From Phoronis australis (Eukaryota > Animalia > Phoronida), in assembly GCA_002633005.1 (NCBI GenBank), contig NMRA01000033.1, positions 131,012-195,011 on the forward strand: a DNA stretch of 64,000 nt. The letters are read 5' to 3'. The notes under the pieces are model-generated. The model was not told the origin of the DNA. It made no database searches and saw only the letters and a program-made list of their open reading frames with translations. A program made the translations under genes and the position numbers. Positions 1 to 13,192 of the stretch are shown here, in pieces (position 1 is the stretch's first letter; every line of letters begins with the position of its first letter).

Positions 1-558
1 ATGTTAACCAGGTTGGCAAACTGTTACAAAATTTGTCTTTCTAAAATCAATGCTTGGCGATCTCTCTCCTCCTTTTGATGATAGACACCAATTGTTGCCA
101 TGGCGATAAAATTTTAGACAACTTAATCCGAGTTATATGTTCAGGCCGCAAGCCATGACCTTTTAACTAAATCACTAACCAAGACAGATTATTAAAAAAC
201 ACAAATGATTTTATCAAGAACTAAAATCCTTTGGTGTATATTCATGCCCTTGCTCAAACTAAGGTAATTGCTTTCAAGAAGGACTTCATCTTCGGCATAC
301 AGATGTCGCTATTGGAAACAACTGCAGTGGCCATCTTGGAATTGTTTCCTATTTTTTTATCAACAGTTAGCGTACCAAACACTACCCTTGTTTCTTACAT
401 ACAGAGAAGGCAGGCACACACAAACGCAGTGGTGTCACATGCTCAAACAGAACTGAAGCAAGCCAGACCAAGTTAAACAGTGAAATAAGAAGTGTGCAGC
501 AGATGGTGACAAACATCAGTCAAGCCGTTGACGAGTGTGCACAGGAGACACTACATAC

Positions 559-648
559 GGTGAACAAACTAGAGCGGCGTCGATTCTTCCTACTATGAGT
601 AGGTGTATTAAGAGGGGTGGCCTCCTCGGTCTTCTCACTCGACCTATC
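559..648 (-). CDS. AGAP1: AGAP exon (DRSSEKTEEATPLNTPTHSRKNRRRSSLFT); gene continues beyond the left edge
   Basis: 90 nt phase 0-0, TTTTCAG acceptor, GTATGT donor, best match to the family RK.RRRSxLFT motif preceding the PH domain. Confidence 0.88.
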
Positions 649-1013
649 CTGAAAACATGAAGGTCAGAGGGGTCAAAGGTGGCCGCCCGCAGGGTGCAAA
701 AATGCCGGAAAACGTTACAGATCGTGGAACTTGAGGAGAGGGTCCAACAGCTTCGAACGACATTATACAAACATGTCAAGCGTGTATTTTGCCCCACAAA
801 CATCTGGGTCAACTTGAAGATTCGTGTGGGCAGGATGTATCGACGTCATTCACACTGCAAGCTAGTTAGCCATGCAAACAGTCAACAGTCAAAACTTCGT
901 AAATGTGACCAAGGTGTAAAAGAAAATTTAGAGCAGACTACCTACATTTCATTTAATCACATACCTCTTAGTAAAGTAAGCAAAGACTACAGTTAGTTGA
1001 CTGACTATACCCC

Positions 1014-1118
1014 AAGCGTGGATTCAGAGGGTGGATCCAAGGGTGTGGAGGAATGTGAAGTACCCCCTATGCTTGTCCCTTGCCAGACCCCTTCATGACA
1101 ATTCTGAATCCACACTAG
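1014..1118. mobile_element. Short hAT-like MITE remnant
   Basis: GCGTGGATTCAGA inverted against TCTGAATCCACAC. Confidence 0.5.
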
Positions 1119-2062
1119 CACCCTGGTAAACCCTCAGCTGGATGGTCACTAATGACTTTCAGTAAAGTTAGTAACAAGCTGTTCTGCCAGAGAACTGCCT
1201 TCAAATTAGTAAAACCTTTCAACATTTAGTGGACTAACTAGGCCCACGCCACGACATGACAGCAACAGACAAGCAAATAACCACACAGCAGCTGTCTGGC
1301 ACTCAACAATTGCTAGTCTCTCCAAGTTTACAAACACTTTATAACCATTTGAGACACAGTCAAGCAAGCTGGACAATCAAATGATTCAGTTTACATGATG
1401 ACCCAGCCTAAACAGAACACTTGCCACACTGGCCAGGGCTAGTCGCCAATCAGCATGACTATGTTTACAACTAGAAAGCACAGAACTGAAATGAACAGAT
1501 AGCATTCGGTTACAGTGACGTACACGATTGTCAGTATACTCATCTAGTGGACTCGCATACAAAATGAAATCCCTGCAATTAAACACTAGGCAAAGCATTG
1601 CATGCAGTCAGTTCTGCAAACAAACCATCACTACACACTACATTCCGCTTCACTTTCCACTACCACATGTCTCAATGCACAATTGATCAGTACACTCAAT
1701 GCAGTATGGTACGAGGACAAAATTGCAAGGGAAGCAACTGCTTTCAAGACAGCAGGCCTAGATGCCATAACAGCAAGCTACTGGTGTAACATGACAATCA
1801 CGATGGTGCAGGAAAATAATACTAATGATAAGGGGAGGATAGCCATGCATGTGGCAATTATGAGTCGGAATAGTCAACGGAGCAAATGACAGTTTTAGTA
1901 ATTTTAATACAAATTATTGTGCAGAACCTCAACAGTTGTTCACATTGCACAAAGTCTTTTTCTGAGTGTAATTTTCAACATTTACTGATGTTCATGCAGT
2001 TCTTTTTTAAGTATTTCCTCGTGAAATTTGTCACAACTGTTGGTGACCACAGCCAAACTTAC

Positions 2063-2164
2063 AAGAGTCAAGCTGGAGCGCACTCGATTCACGCGAGTCA
2101 AAATGGGCGTGAGAGGGCTATTGGCAGGTATTTGCAGCTCCTTCATCAAAACGTCTACTTTGTC
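2063..2164 (-). CDS. AGAP1: Probable AGAP linker exon (DKVDVLMKELQIPANSPLTPILTRVNRVRSSLTL)
   Basis: 102 nt phase 0-0, CACAG acceptor, GTAAGT donor, SP.TPIL.R.NR..SSL motif. Confidence 0.7.
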
Positions 2165-2222
2165 CTGTGCAGTAAAAGAGTGGCCACGAGTAATTAAACA
2201 GCGAAGGATCAAAAAGATTTAC

Positions 2223-2255
2223 AGTCCCTGCCATGTTGGCACCAGCTGAGGAGTA
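2223..2255 (-). CDS. Candidate 33-nt exon (YSSAGANMAGT)
   Basis: Strong pyrimidine tract plus CAG, weaker GTAAAT donor, phase 0-0, 58-nt intron to the next exon. Confidence 0.3.
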
Positions 2256-4361
2256 CTGGCAGAGAAGTGAAGAGGAGTTGTAGATGACCGTGTAATCAAG
2301 TGGTCTTTGGTAGTGGAAGCAAGCACAGGAGGATGAGGCTAAAGGTGGAAGCCTGTAGATGTCGCCACTGCACTGTACTCTGCGACCTTTAGAGGTGAGG
2401 GAAGCGGTGCTTTGCAATCACACCGGAATGAAAGTGATTAAGTCACTTCAAGACATTGCAGGGGAATGTTACTAATACAAATTAGATGAGTACGACACTG
2501 AAGTTCTAATTAACACAGAAGATTTAAAAAACGAGCAGGCAAAATCTGACAAGATTGTTTTTTATAAAAAAAAACCAAGTCATTATAATGGAAATTTAAA
2601 TAATTAGAAAACAGGTTTTAATGAAACGCCAGTTTTATCAAATGTCATTGAGTACTTTTTGATGAGTACTTTTTGAATAAAATATGATACATATTCAAAA
2701 ATTTTGGTTTGAGTGATTCTCCTTCATCAATTTAGGAAATGACTTCTTTGTGATTGATTGACAGGTGAGTATGGCATCACAAACACGCTCCACTTTGTGG
2801 CAAACGCCGCTTCCCCGAAGAACACCACAGAAGATGAAAGAAGCCTGCAGGTGTCACCACCGTAATCTGCCTTATGTGCTAATGGTCAAAGTAAGAGATC
2901 CACATACAAACACAGTGACGTCACTGAGACATGTACAGAGAGGCCTACAAAACTAAGCCATGAGCCAACCAAATGTGAGCTTACATTTTTATCCTTCCTG
3001 ATCTGAAATGCAAAATCAATTGATGGCATTAGTGTCGACTGGAACAATAAACAAAACATCAACAAAAAACACAGAGGCCTGGTTTCACACACAACTGCTT
3101 ATGATGCCTGACACGACGCCATCTGCGTGTGCGCGTATGCGCGCGCATGTGTAACCACCACGCCACGGTATCAGTTAAGAAACAAGATGGAAACAGCGTG
3201 TTATAACGAACAATCCCCAGGGGGCGTCAGACGTGATAACACAAAAAAGTCAGTTGACAAGAGTTGCCTGTGCTCTTTTAGTTTCCCAGAAGAAGCGGCG
3301 CCGAGTTCTAGGCTGTAACATCGACAACATGAACAATCACTACTGTAACACAATGGAGAACTGAGTGATTATGTACTAGTAAAGAAGATGAATAAAGTTG
3401 AAGGTAATGAATATAACACAAGTTACTAGGCAACACAGCTGCAGCATACTATACTTAGCAGCACCTTGTGGGGCATTTTGGAAATTGAAGATTCGTTCCA
3501 TTCTTTCAAAGATGCATAAATCGGTTTGCTGTACTGAATGTTGTGTTCAAGACCCAATACCTTTTGAAATTAAAGCAAACCTGTTCCTGTTGTAAATACA
3601 AAGAAATCCATTCTAGAAACGTCCCCTTGATCAAAGGTGAGTATAGTGTCTCAGTGGGCAACTTGCAAATGCATTCTAACGCATCATGATACAAGGCTAT
3701 ATATATAAGACATTCTCCAACTGCAAAATCTTTTAACTCTGGTCTACAGCAACGACAATAAAACACAGAAACCGATCAAGAAGACATTACAAAATGGACC
3801 AACGGGAATGTTCTTGTCTGTGATAATGACGTAAGATTAAAGAATGAATAAATGTCAAGCAACGCAAAAGCATGCCAAACAACGAGCTGTAAATACGTGC
3901 CAACTCTTTGCTGAAATGCAACATAACCGGTGTCAAGCCCAGTGGGTACGGTGTTATGTTATTATTGTGAATGTGACGAGCAGCCATCAATACACTGTCC
4001 TGTATATTGAAGAGAACTGACCACTGAATACCGTGACGACAGGGCGATCTAGTATCCGTGGAACAGCAATTTGCGCATTCTGTGAACGTGACATCAAGAT
4101 GCTTCGCCAATATCAGTTATGAAGTTGACCATCTTGGACTGAGAAATTGCATTTTTAATGTGACTGCCCTTTTAGCATACACTAATGTTTTTTGAAAGTA
4201 TGAAACAAAAACAGGAATATTTGTCTTTGCAAAAACACAACGCAGGGTGTGAATGAGGGGAATAAGTAACACGACAAGAAACACGAATGAACGAAATATA
4301 ACCCACATCTACGTAGAGGAAAAATAAATCGTGAAAATAAAATGAACAAAAGAACACTTAC

Positions 4362-4439
4362 AGTGAAACTTGATTTGTGTTTACTTTTTCTACTGAGAAT
4401 AGGTGTGCTAGTCGGGGTCACTTCATGGTCCGTTGAACC
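4362..4439 (-). CDS. AGAP1: Probable AGAP linker exon (GSTDHEVTPTSTPILSRKSKHKSSFT)
   Basis: 78 nt phase 0-0, pyrimidine tract plus TAG, GTAAGT donor, resembles the AGAP TPTP..RK..KRRSNLFT motif. Confidence 0.78.
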
Positions 4440-6442
4440 CTAGCCAGGAGGATAAAACAAAGTATGGTCACAACACATGCTATTTAACTGAACACACAAT
4501 CGTACAACAGTGAAACAGAAATAACAATATCAAAAGCAACCAGCAATTATTCAACAATGAGGGAGACTTTTCAAAGCATTGTTGACCAGTCACATGATTG
4601 AAGACCAACTGCTGCCACCTGGCGAAATACGTCGGTACTTTCAGCTTCACGAATGTGAGTGTAAAACGGAGCTTCATTTGGATTTTTTTGAACAAATTAT
4701 TGCCTTGTCTACAAGGTAGATATTCTAGTCAATGGTCTGCCATGAGTACTGGACAACGTTTTGCTTACTTCTCCCGTTAGTTTAAAAAGGCTTTACACAA
4801 CTTGCAAAATGTGATTATTGCTTGCTTTTATACAACAGATGTCAATTCTAAGAGTTACACTGAAAACTTGACTTCCAACCACAGAGCTGTTGAGTGTATG
4901 TTGTGAGAGTGGAACACACATTTTGCTTACATTTCCAGCATTCAAACTGTGCGCTTAGTTCTAAGTAAATGAATGGCTAACAACAGAATGTGCACGTTTA
5001 TAGCATGTCTACTTAGCAGACTCTACTTTTTAACAGCAACCATTCGATGCCCAAGATTTCCATACGTAAGCCAACTGGAATATGGAACAAGGAAAACACA
5101 CCCAAGGACCAGGCTGTATTTTTGGATTGAAAAAATACAGAGCTGAGTTCTACATGTATCCCCAATCCGCAGTAGATCACTTCCATATACTAGTGTGTTT
5201 CAATTAATAAACAGTGCCTGCTACAATAACTTTTATTATAGAGCACAACAGCCCTGACCACAGATATAAAGATACGCTTGGGTCTACATGATGAAAAATT
5301 CTCCAGTTTGGGAGTCTTCAATTTGCGACACGAAAACTGACGCTTAATTTTTCTCGCTTCTGAAGATTGGGATGTGGGCAATTTTGGCATTTATCATATT
5401 TCCAAAATATTGGACACTACACTTTGAGACTCTGAAAACAGACTTGGCAGGTCACAAAAATAGCATAATCCTTATAGTTTGTAACTTCGAGGTCGACGAT
5501 CGTAATTCATGAATTTGCGACAATACTGCAGGTTTCTAAAATTAGGTAAAAGCACCGACCTAGAGAAAAATAATTAATTTTCCACTGTCCCAAACAGGAG
5601 AACTTTTATCGCATTTGCCTTTGCCAAATATACAAACAGGCAAATGTTTGCAATTGGTTTTGCTCTCAAAATTGTCATTTCTAAATTATGCCCCTGGTGC
5701 ATAGGGAAATCTAGGGTGCACAGACAAAAAAGAAAGCAACTACACACTACCACTCATGTCATAAGAAAAATGAAAGAATATTTAAACTCGGCATCCATAG
5801 AAGAAAGGAAATTACCAAGCTTCAGAAATCTCTACACCACTCAAGCTTCTATCATCAGCAGGCACGGTACACCCAGAATGGAGCACAGTTTACAAAGTTA
5901 GTTTTCAGGTCTAGTTAAAACCAAGCAAGATACCAGCACACTCAATAAAACAACTCTATGTGACATAGCTCAATAGTGAACGGATTAAAAAGTGGTATTG
6001 ACCCCCTTAGCTGTTAACCATCACATTAGTTTCACACAGAACAAATCAAATTAAATGACAATCTTGTTTTTTAAACCACTGATTTAGTAGACGTGTACCC
6101 CAGAGACAAATGAACTGCCACAAAGACAGTTCCACAATTTCCCAAATCGTAATTAAACAGTGCCGGACTTTCCCCAACACACTACTATGGTGGTAAATGT
6201 ATTTTCAAACAAATTTCCATGTATTTTTAGTAGCGAAAAAGCAATCAATACCGGGTCCGACTGTGCCCTTATTTGTGCACCGCCATTTCTATGACATATA
6301 AAGCATACACTAACTAGCAACCCATAATTCCTTCCTCCATCAGTCATGTTTTAGTGATGACAGCCACATTTGTGAACGGTTCACCAACTGCCAGGCAGGT
6401 AACAAACACACACAGATAAAAAAGGGAAAAAACGAAGCTTAC

Positions 6443-6454
6443 TTTTTCAGTCCT
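6443..6454 (-). CDS. Candidate 12-nt microexon (RTEK)
   Basis: TTGCAG|AGGACTGAAAAA|GTAAGC, frame-preserving; splice signals only. Confidence 0.35.
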
Positions 6455-7561
6455 CTGCAATTTGATTTGCGCTCGTGTCGTCATGAAAAGATGACAAGCT
6501 AGTACACAAGTGATAACTCCACAAATTTAACACGAGAATAATGGAATGGAAATAATTTTTTACAACTAATATTCAACATATTTTATGCAAGGACAAGCAC
6601 CGTTTTTAATGACATTAATTTTGTATCAAATTCTGTTTCACTCGCTTTTTACTCACATCGTTTCAAACTTGTATAATTGTGTTAATATAATTTTGCACCA
6701 GGCATAATTTACTCTACCATAAGCCCTGCAATACATACAGATTGAATGTTTTGTCTCCACTATCCAAGAAAGTAAAAATGACAGCAACTTCCCGTTATGT
6801 TTGATGAGGGGCATTCACTTTAAGTTACTGGACATGAGTTTGGTGAATAAGACGATTAAAATTCAAATTAAAACAACTTTTTGTGTGCTAGACATCAAAG
6901 TGAATTGTGACCTTTGACCTGGGTACAAAAAATCCCAAAAGCTGTGTCCTTGCATTGTCCATCAACAACAGCATAAAAACTTAAATGGTGTCTCCAGAAA
7001 ACTTCAAAACAACTAATCATTGTGGAAAAAAATCAAAACTCTGCAAAAGCTCGTGAAATCTTCATCTAGTTTCAATTTCGAATAATTCAAACCAATCACT
7101 AATTGGAAAAAAACGATAAAGCAACAATACTTTAAATGCATATATTCAAAATTCCCAAGTGTTTTCTTCGATACAGTGAAAATGAGGAGGGATCATTACT
7201 TTGAGTCACGTATTCCCGGTCTAGTAACACAGAGCTCACATACAACTAGCTGGCTCTCATGCAAGCACTAGATTCAATACTTCACACAATTCAACAACAC
7301 GAAACAACAAGCGAATGCCTTTAAACCTTTACTATACGCACATAAAATTCTCAAAATTTTCGCCTTTGATCCTGCAGTTCATGACAGATAAGACTTTGTA
7401 AAACTAAACTTATAATAATTTGAACAAGAATAGAATTATTCTTGGCAAGGAAACGAAACTTGTATATGCTACAAAATCACACGTACTTTTGTCTCGAGTG
7501 CTCACATAAAACCCAGCTGTTGAAGGGTTAGTGTGTAAACAAAACAAAGTCGGCCCAGTAC

Positions 7562-7648
7562 CTTATAGTAATTAGGCAAAGAGGAAGATAGTCTTGACGC
7601 ATTAGGGTTGAAGTGTGCGTAGTCACGCTTGTCATTGGCTTCACGCTG
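7562..7648 (-). CDS. AGAP1: Candidate AGAP linker exon (QREANDKRDYAHFNPNASRLSSSLPNYYK)
   Basis: 87 nt phase 0-0, TTTCAGCAG tandem acceptor, AAG|GTACTG donor; no homology support. Confidence 0.55.
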
Positions 7649-7874
7649 CTGAAACAAGGACACACGGTGCAGTCGATGAGTCAGGCTCACAAAAGTGATC
7701 ATGTTCCGTGTACTGTGGTCATATGAGCAGAGAGAGTAAGAGGGGACCGTTCCGTTTCCCTGAGCCCCACCTGGGAGAAAAAATCATCGCAGGACCGCAG
7801 GCCAGAGACTCGACCTGGCTTAACAGCTTATGGACAACTGTGCGCAAGTTCACCACGGATGACTGCGGTGGTGC

Positions 7875-8224
7875 AATATCAACATGCCCGATACCGGTTT
7901 GATAAATACTGATACAGTATCAACAAGTCAGATTTCGGTCTGATAACTACTGGTGCAGTATCAACATGCCAGATACCGGTCTGATCAAATACTGGAATAG
8001 TGTCAACATGCCAGATACTGGTATGATCAAATACCGACATAGTGTCAAAATGCGAGATACTAGTCTGATAAAATGCTGGTATAGTCGCAACATGTTAAAT
8101 ATTGGTCTGGATAAACACTGGTACAGTATCAACATGTTAAACACGAGTCCAATAACTACTGGTAAAGTATCAATATCTCAGATACTAGTATGATAAATAT
8201 GGGTATAGTATCAACAAGTCAGAT
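7875..8224. repeat. 41-42-bp degenerate minisatellite, about 8 copies
   Basis: AGTATCAACATGCCAGATACTGGTCTGATAAATACTGGTA-like units; more decayed units at 8850-9350. Confidence 0.85.
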
Positions 8225-8813
8225 GAGCAGGTAAAAATTCAATTCCTATGAACTTTTTCTAGTTCATGACATTGACATTTCTACCCTCACTAAGGCTCTT
8301 TTTCAACGAGTGGATTGCTCAGACTTTGCCGACTCGGATCTAAAATGGGGTCATACCCCCGGGAGCTATAGACCTTGGTCTCGGTTCATGGGGATCCCAT
8401 GGTTACTCCGTAACACTGTTATAACTGGTAGTTGCATTGAAAGCATATAGTAGTCATGGGATCCCCAGTCTCACCCATTGTAGCCGACATCTACATGGAG
8501 AATTTTGAGAGATGAAACCCTAGGGACAGCCCGCACCATCCCAGTCTTTGGCTCAGGTATGTGGCTCACACATATGTACTCATACATGAGTGCCATGTCA
8601 ACAGTTTCTTCACAAACATCAACAGCATAGGCCGTCTCATCCAGTTCACCAACCTGAGACTGACAGTAAATTGCCCACCATGAACTGAGACCAAGGTCAA
8701 CAGCTCCCCTGCAAAGTACGGGTAATCCACTCATTGAAAGACCCTTGGGTGAGGGTAGAAACGTACTAGTCATCAGATACAAACAGTTCACGTAAGGGAA
8801 TTTTTACCAGCTC
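8225..8813. mobile_element. Inverted-repeat-bounded insertion splitting a minisatellite
   Basis: GAGCAGGTAAAAATTC...TGAACT versus AGTTCA...GAATTTTTACCAGCTC; minisatellite-like units resume after about 8850. Confidence 0.6.
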
Positions 8814-10291
8814 AACATCGCCACAAACTATGAAAAGCCTTTTCTGTTGCCAGATGCCAGATACTGCTGTAGTAAATAGAGGAACAGTATCAACATGGTG
8901 AGAGCTGGTCTGATTTAGATTCATATTGGCGTACTAGCAAGACAAGGTATTGGTCAACTATCAACACAGCATCCACGTGGTAGATGCTGGTCAGGTCAAA
9001 CAGTAACACTATTACTCCGAAACTCTGGTCTGATAAAATATTAGTTCACTATCGCCATGCCTGCTGTTGATGCAGTGCCAGCATGCCACCTATTGGTCAT
9101 AATAGGCATTAGAGTGGAATTAAAATGTATTAGGCTGGTCTTCTTTTAAAATGATGTTAATTCTAGTATTTGGAAAGCAAAACTGGTATTTAATTAGCAG
9201 AGTATTTAGTATCACTAAGGAAATATCATCACTACCAAATGAGCAGGCACTGGTATCAATTTGCCATCTTAGGAACCAGTATTATACAGATTTCAAATAC
9301 TGGTGACCAATCTTAGTATTAATACACTGCTTAACTCTGGTTCAATCTGAACCTTGGAAATGTAAAAATGAAAAAAATCACACCACCCACAATGCCGCTG
9401 TAAGCCAGGGAACAAAATATTTTGAAGGAAAATGCTTTAAGTGAAATGTTGTGACATATCTCAATTCAATAGATACAGGATCATTTTGGTAGAGTGGATT
9501 ATTTAAAGCGCATTCGGTGAGAATACGAAATGCCCCAGCATGGTGTAGATGTGTAGGAAAAGTCAGGGAAACAAGGATATGAAGCTGACATCAGTAAGAG
9601 CAACTTAAACAGAGTTATGAGCTGAACCAGGATGAGCACATTCAAACTGTCAGTGCACGGTAACTTACGTTGATTAATGTCAGCGCGAGTCTACAGCTAT
9701 TTGAGTTTTCTGACCACCAGCACAGAAGCAAAATGTACAAAACACCCAAAAATGACTTCATTTCAGCCATAAGTATCTCTAGAGAGTACTTAAAGCATTC
9801 TGCTCCAGAGCATTTGCACAAAATTTCCGTTGGAACGCCTAAAGCCCCAATTGCGTGCACCAGGATATATGGCAGACTCCATGCTAAGTGCTGACATATC
9901 ATGGAAGGTCACACCTCAACATAACTTCACGTTTTTTCTGTCAGAAGGAAAAAACGGAAAAATCTTTGTAAACAAACTGCTGAGGAATACTGAAAACATT
10001 ATTTCAGTCACATTTTGGCTCATAACAGTGTCAACAGCCATAGATTGATAGAAAATGAATGCTGTTCATGATCGTAGCATTTTCAAATTTTTCCACAGTT
10101 GGTCAGGATAGCTGATGACCATCCATGTACAATTAGCAATTGTTGTCGCCTGTCTGAACTTGACCTTGAACTGTATGACCTCCACTTGGTTACACGCGAC
10201 AGTGTGCAAGGGCAGTTCTTGGTATTTTATAATGAATTTGGTGTGAACTCGCTCGAGCAGGACATTTTAAATGCTATCAAGAGAAAGAATG

Positions 10292-10399
10292 CCAGTAGCA
10301 GGAAATAACGCGCCCGTATTTTGAGAACCAGTTTGATGCCCATTACTCAGTGGAGGAAACTGGTTCTAAAAATTTGGGCACGTTATCCGACCATTACCG
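10292..10399. mobile_element. Small foldback element (Tc1/mariner-like MITE remnant)
   Basis: About 30-bp arms ATAACGCGCCCGTATTTTGAGAACCAGTTT / AAACTGGTTCTAAAAATTTGGGCACGTTAT, extending to CAGTA / TACCG ends. Confidence 0.55.
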
Positions 10400-11562
10400 A
10401 AAGAATAATCATATGCATTGTGCCGAGCTCGTTTCTTGGGAACTATTTGTGTTTGACATGGATGGCTGAAATTGGGCACCTCTGAAATTCCGACCCAAAG
10501 TGTCGTACCTTTGTGCATCTATATACAGTGCGCTACTGACAATAAGAAGACTCAGACAGCTGCAAGTAAGTCGAGCACAAACAAAACATTGAGACATGAC
10601 AAAATGTTATACAACAATGGTATTACGAGTTCCGATGTCCGTGTTTCCCACACCTCTTTGGCTAAAGACCATGTGATATTCATACAACATCAATGGCATT
10701 CCAAGGTTAAAAATTCCGTTTTCAAACACGGGCTCAAGCTATTTCTTTTCTAAACCACACTCACTGAAGAGAAATTGATCTCCAAGTCCAAACAACATAA
10801 TGTAGAAACAGACAGGAAGTGTAAATTGAGGTGAGAGTTTAGGAATTCGTAAAAGGGATATCAGTCTCAGATGATTGCGTTGTTGGCCAAGCTGGCACCT
10901 AACCGAAAATGGAAAGGAAAAGTAAACATGTCAATAAGTGCATCAGTTAAAGGAGCATAATGCGCCAAACTGCCAATGGAGAAGTATGAAGTAACCATGA
11001 ATCCACACAGGTCCACTGCAGTGTCGACGTGTTCACAAGTGTTGTGTGTTAGTGGCGTTACCTAGTCATAAGAAGAGATTGTTGAGGCTGTTATGAAAAA
11101 TTGAGGGCAAACTCTGGCTTTGCAACAAACTTTCTCAAAAATTCGGAACAAATCATCAATTCTGAATATATCAACATGTAACTATATGCACCACCAAACT
11201 TATGCAACAACAGACGTGTTCAGTTTTGTCATCAATTACAGGTAATGCTCTTGACTGCCATGGTGGCCTAGTTGACTTGGGTGAACGAGTTCTCACGATA
11301 CTAAAAAACAAAATGACGGTGCTTGAGAAGCCGATCTTAAATGTAGTGCTCACTGTCAAATGTAAGTATTCAAAAAGACAGCTAAGTCAATAAGCACGAG
11401 TGTACCCCAAGATGACAAGAGAGCCCCATAATAACAGGTGCTGACATGCATTAGACATATACTGCAGTAGTCAGCAATGCCATAGTTAGTCACATATGGA
11501 CCCCAATATGCACAGGCTGCCATGTCATGCAATGAGCTACACAAGGCTGAATTATCAGTACA

Positions 11563-12085
11563 GCCAGTCTACTAACTGGTCATCGCCAACATGGTCCACT
11601 GACTGGTCATCGTCAATTAAGTCCACTACCAGGTCATCACCAACATAGTCCAACTGGTCATTGTCGACACAGCCCACCAACTGGTCATCGCCAACATAGT
11701 CCACTAACTGGTCATCGCCAACATAGTCCACTAACAGGTCATCACCACTATAGTCCACTAACTGGTCATCACCAACAAAGTCCACTGACTGGTCATCACC
11801 AACAGAATCCACTGACTGGTCATCACCAACATTGTCCACTGACTGGTCATCGCCAACATAGTCCACTAACAGGTCATCGCCAACATAGTTCACTAACAGG
11901 TCATCACCAACATAGTCTACTGACTGGTTATCACCAATATAGTCCACTAACAGGTCATCGCCAACATAGTCCACTAACAGGTCATCGCCAACATAGTCCA
12001 CTAACAGGTCATCGCCAACATAGTCCACTAACAGGTCATCACCAACATAGTCCACTGACTGGTCATCGTCAACATGGTCATCTCC
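11563..12085. repeat. 27-bp minisatellite, about 19 copies
   Basis: Consensus CCAACATAGTCCACTAAC(A/T)GGTCATC(G/A). Confidence 0.95.
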
Positions 12086-12479
12086 AATGAAAGAAGCAGA
12101 AAAGTCTCAGTGAAAACAACGTTGAAAACAGATGCTATAAACCAAAGAACATGCCAACTTTGTAACAGAGCATGCCGAGGTAACACGACTTCTCAACAAA
12201 CACAAATGCTCTCGTGAGGTAAACCTATGCAAATTTCCAGACGTAAGACAGCTTCAGGAACACTGTAAGCAAGAGTGGAACACAATTGTGTACATAATGG
12301 AAATGTCCCTCAGAGCGTCACTCAACGCATGACAGTGAAAGCCTAGCACATAGTAGGGTGTCCACAGTTACCATGGAAGTCGTGAAGGTTTGGTTAAAGC
12401 TGAAAGAGACGAAGCGGTAATGACAAATTGACTGCTGTCGGCCGAAGGAAGAAGCACAAACCACGGCCAGCTGACTTAC

Positions 12480-12590
12480 GCTGAACGAGTTGGACTTAGA
12501 CACGTTGGAGGAAGGCTTCTGGCGATTTTTCCGCCGGACCATGGGCGTCAATTCTAGGGGAGTGAGCTCGCGTTGTAATCTCTCCTTCTC
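12480..12590 (-). CDS. AGAP1: Probable AGAP linker exon (EKERLQRELTPLELTPMVRRKNRQKPSSNVSKSNSFS)
   Basis: 111 nt phase 0-0, TGTAG acceptor, GTAAGT donor, TP..TP..RRKNR motif. Confidence 0.72.
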
Positions 12591-13192
12591 CTACAGATGA
12601 ATAAAGAAACTAACACACAGACACGCACACATTACATTGAGAGGTGGCGGGATAACTTGTATATATGACACAGGTCTCAGCGTGTCCCCTGTTAACTGAT
12701 TACTTTCAAAATTATTCAATGAATTTTTAATCTTTATTAGCAGTTTACTAAGACACCGAATCTCACGTGACCACAATGTATTAAAGTTTCACACAGTGCT
12801 ATTAGGTCGAGCCAAAACTGTAAATTTCAACTGGGATACATCACATTAGAATTTTCAATTAACTCCTTTCAGAACACATGTACTAAGGGCCGCTAACAAA
12901 ACAAAGTGTTCCAATACAAAACACAAACCAAAACGATGGTTTTCAAAGATGACACTGCATGGAGCTTTAAGGCATAACATTCTATTAATTATCAAATAAG
13001 GTTACTATTAGTAAAGGGACACATTTGCACCAATACCGAGACCGATGCCATATGTAGGTCTAATTACTACACAGGTAGACTAGATGCAATATTGCACAAC
13101 TGTCACCACTACCTGAACACCCAGTTTCAATATCAATACACGTCAACTAATCACAACAACACTTCCTATGCAATGATTGTCTCCGAGCTCAC

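Noticed and set aside
3250-3312. Possible AGAP exon PRTRRRFFWETKRAQ after a TTACAG acceptor
   Set aside because: No convincing donor before an in-frame stop; insufficient support
9669-9710. Strong GTAAGT donor in an AGAP intron
   Set aside because: None of the nearby acceptors gives a frame-preserving exon (22, 28 or 41 nt)
7875-12085. CRISPR-like arrays
   Set aside because: Contiguous tandem units without unique spacers, eukaryotic intronic context, no cas genes
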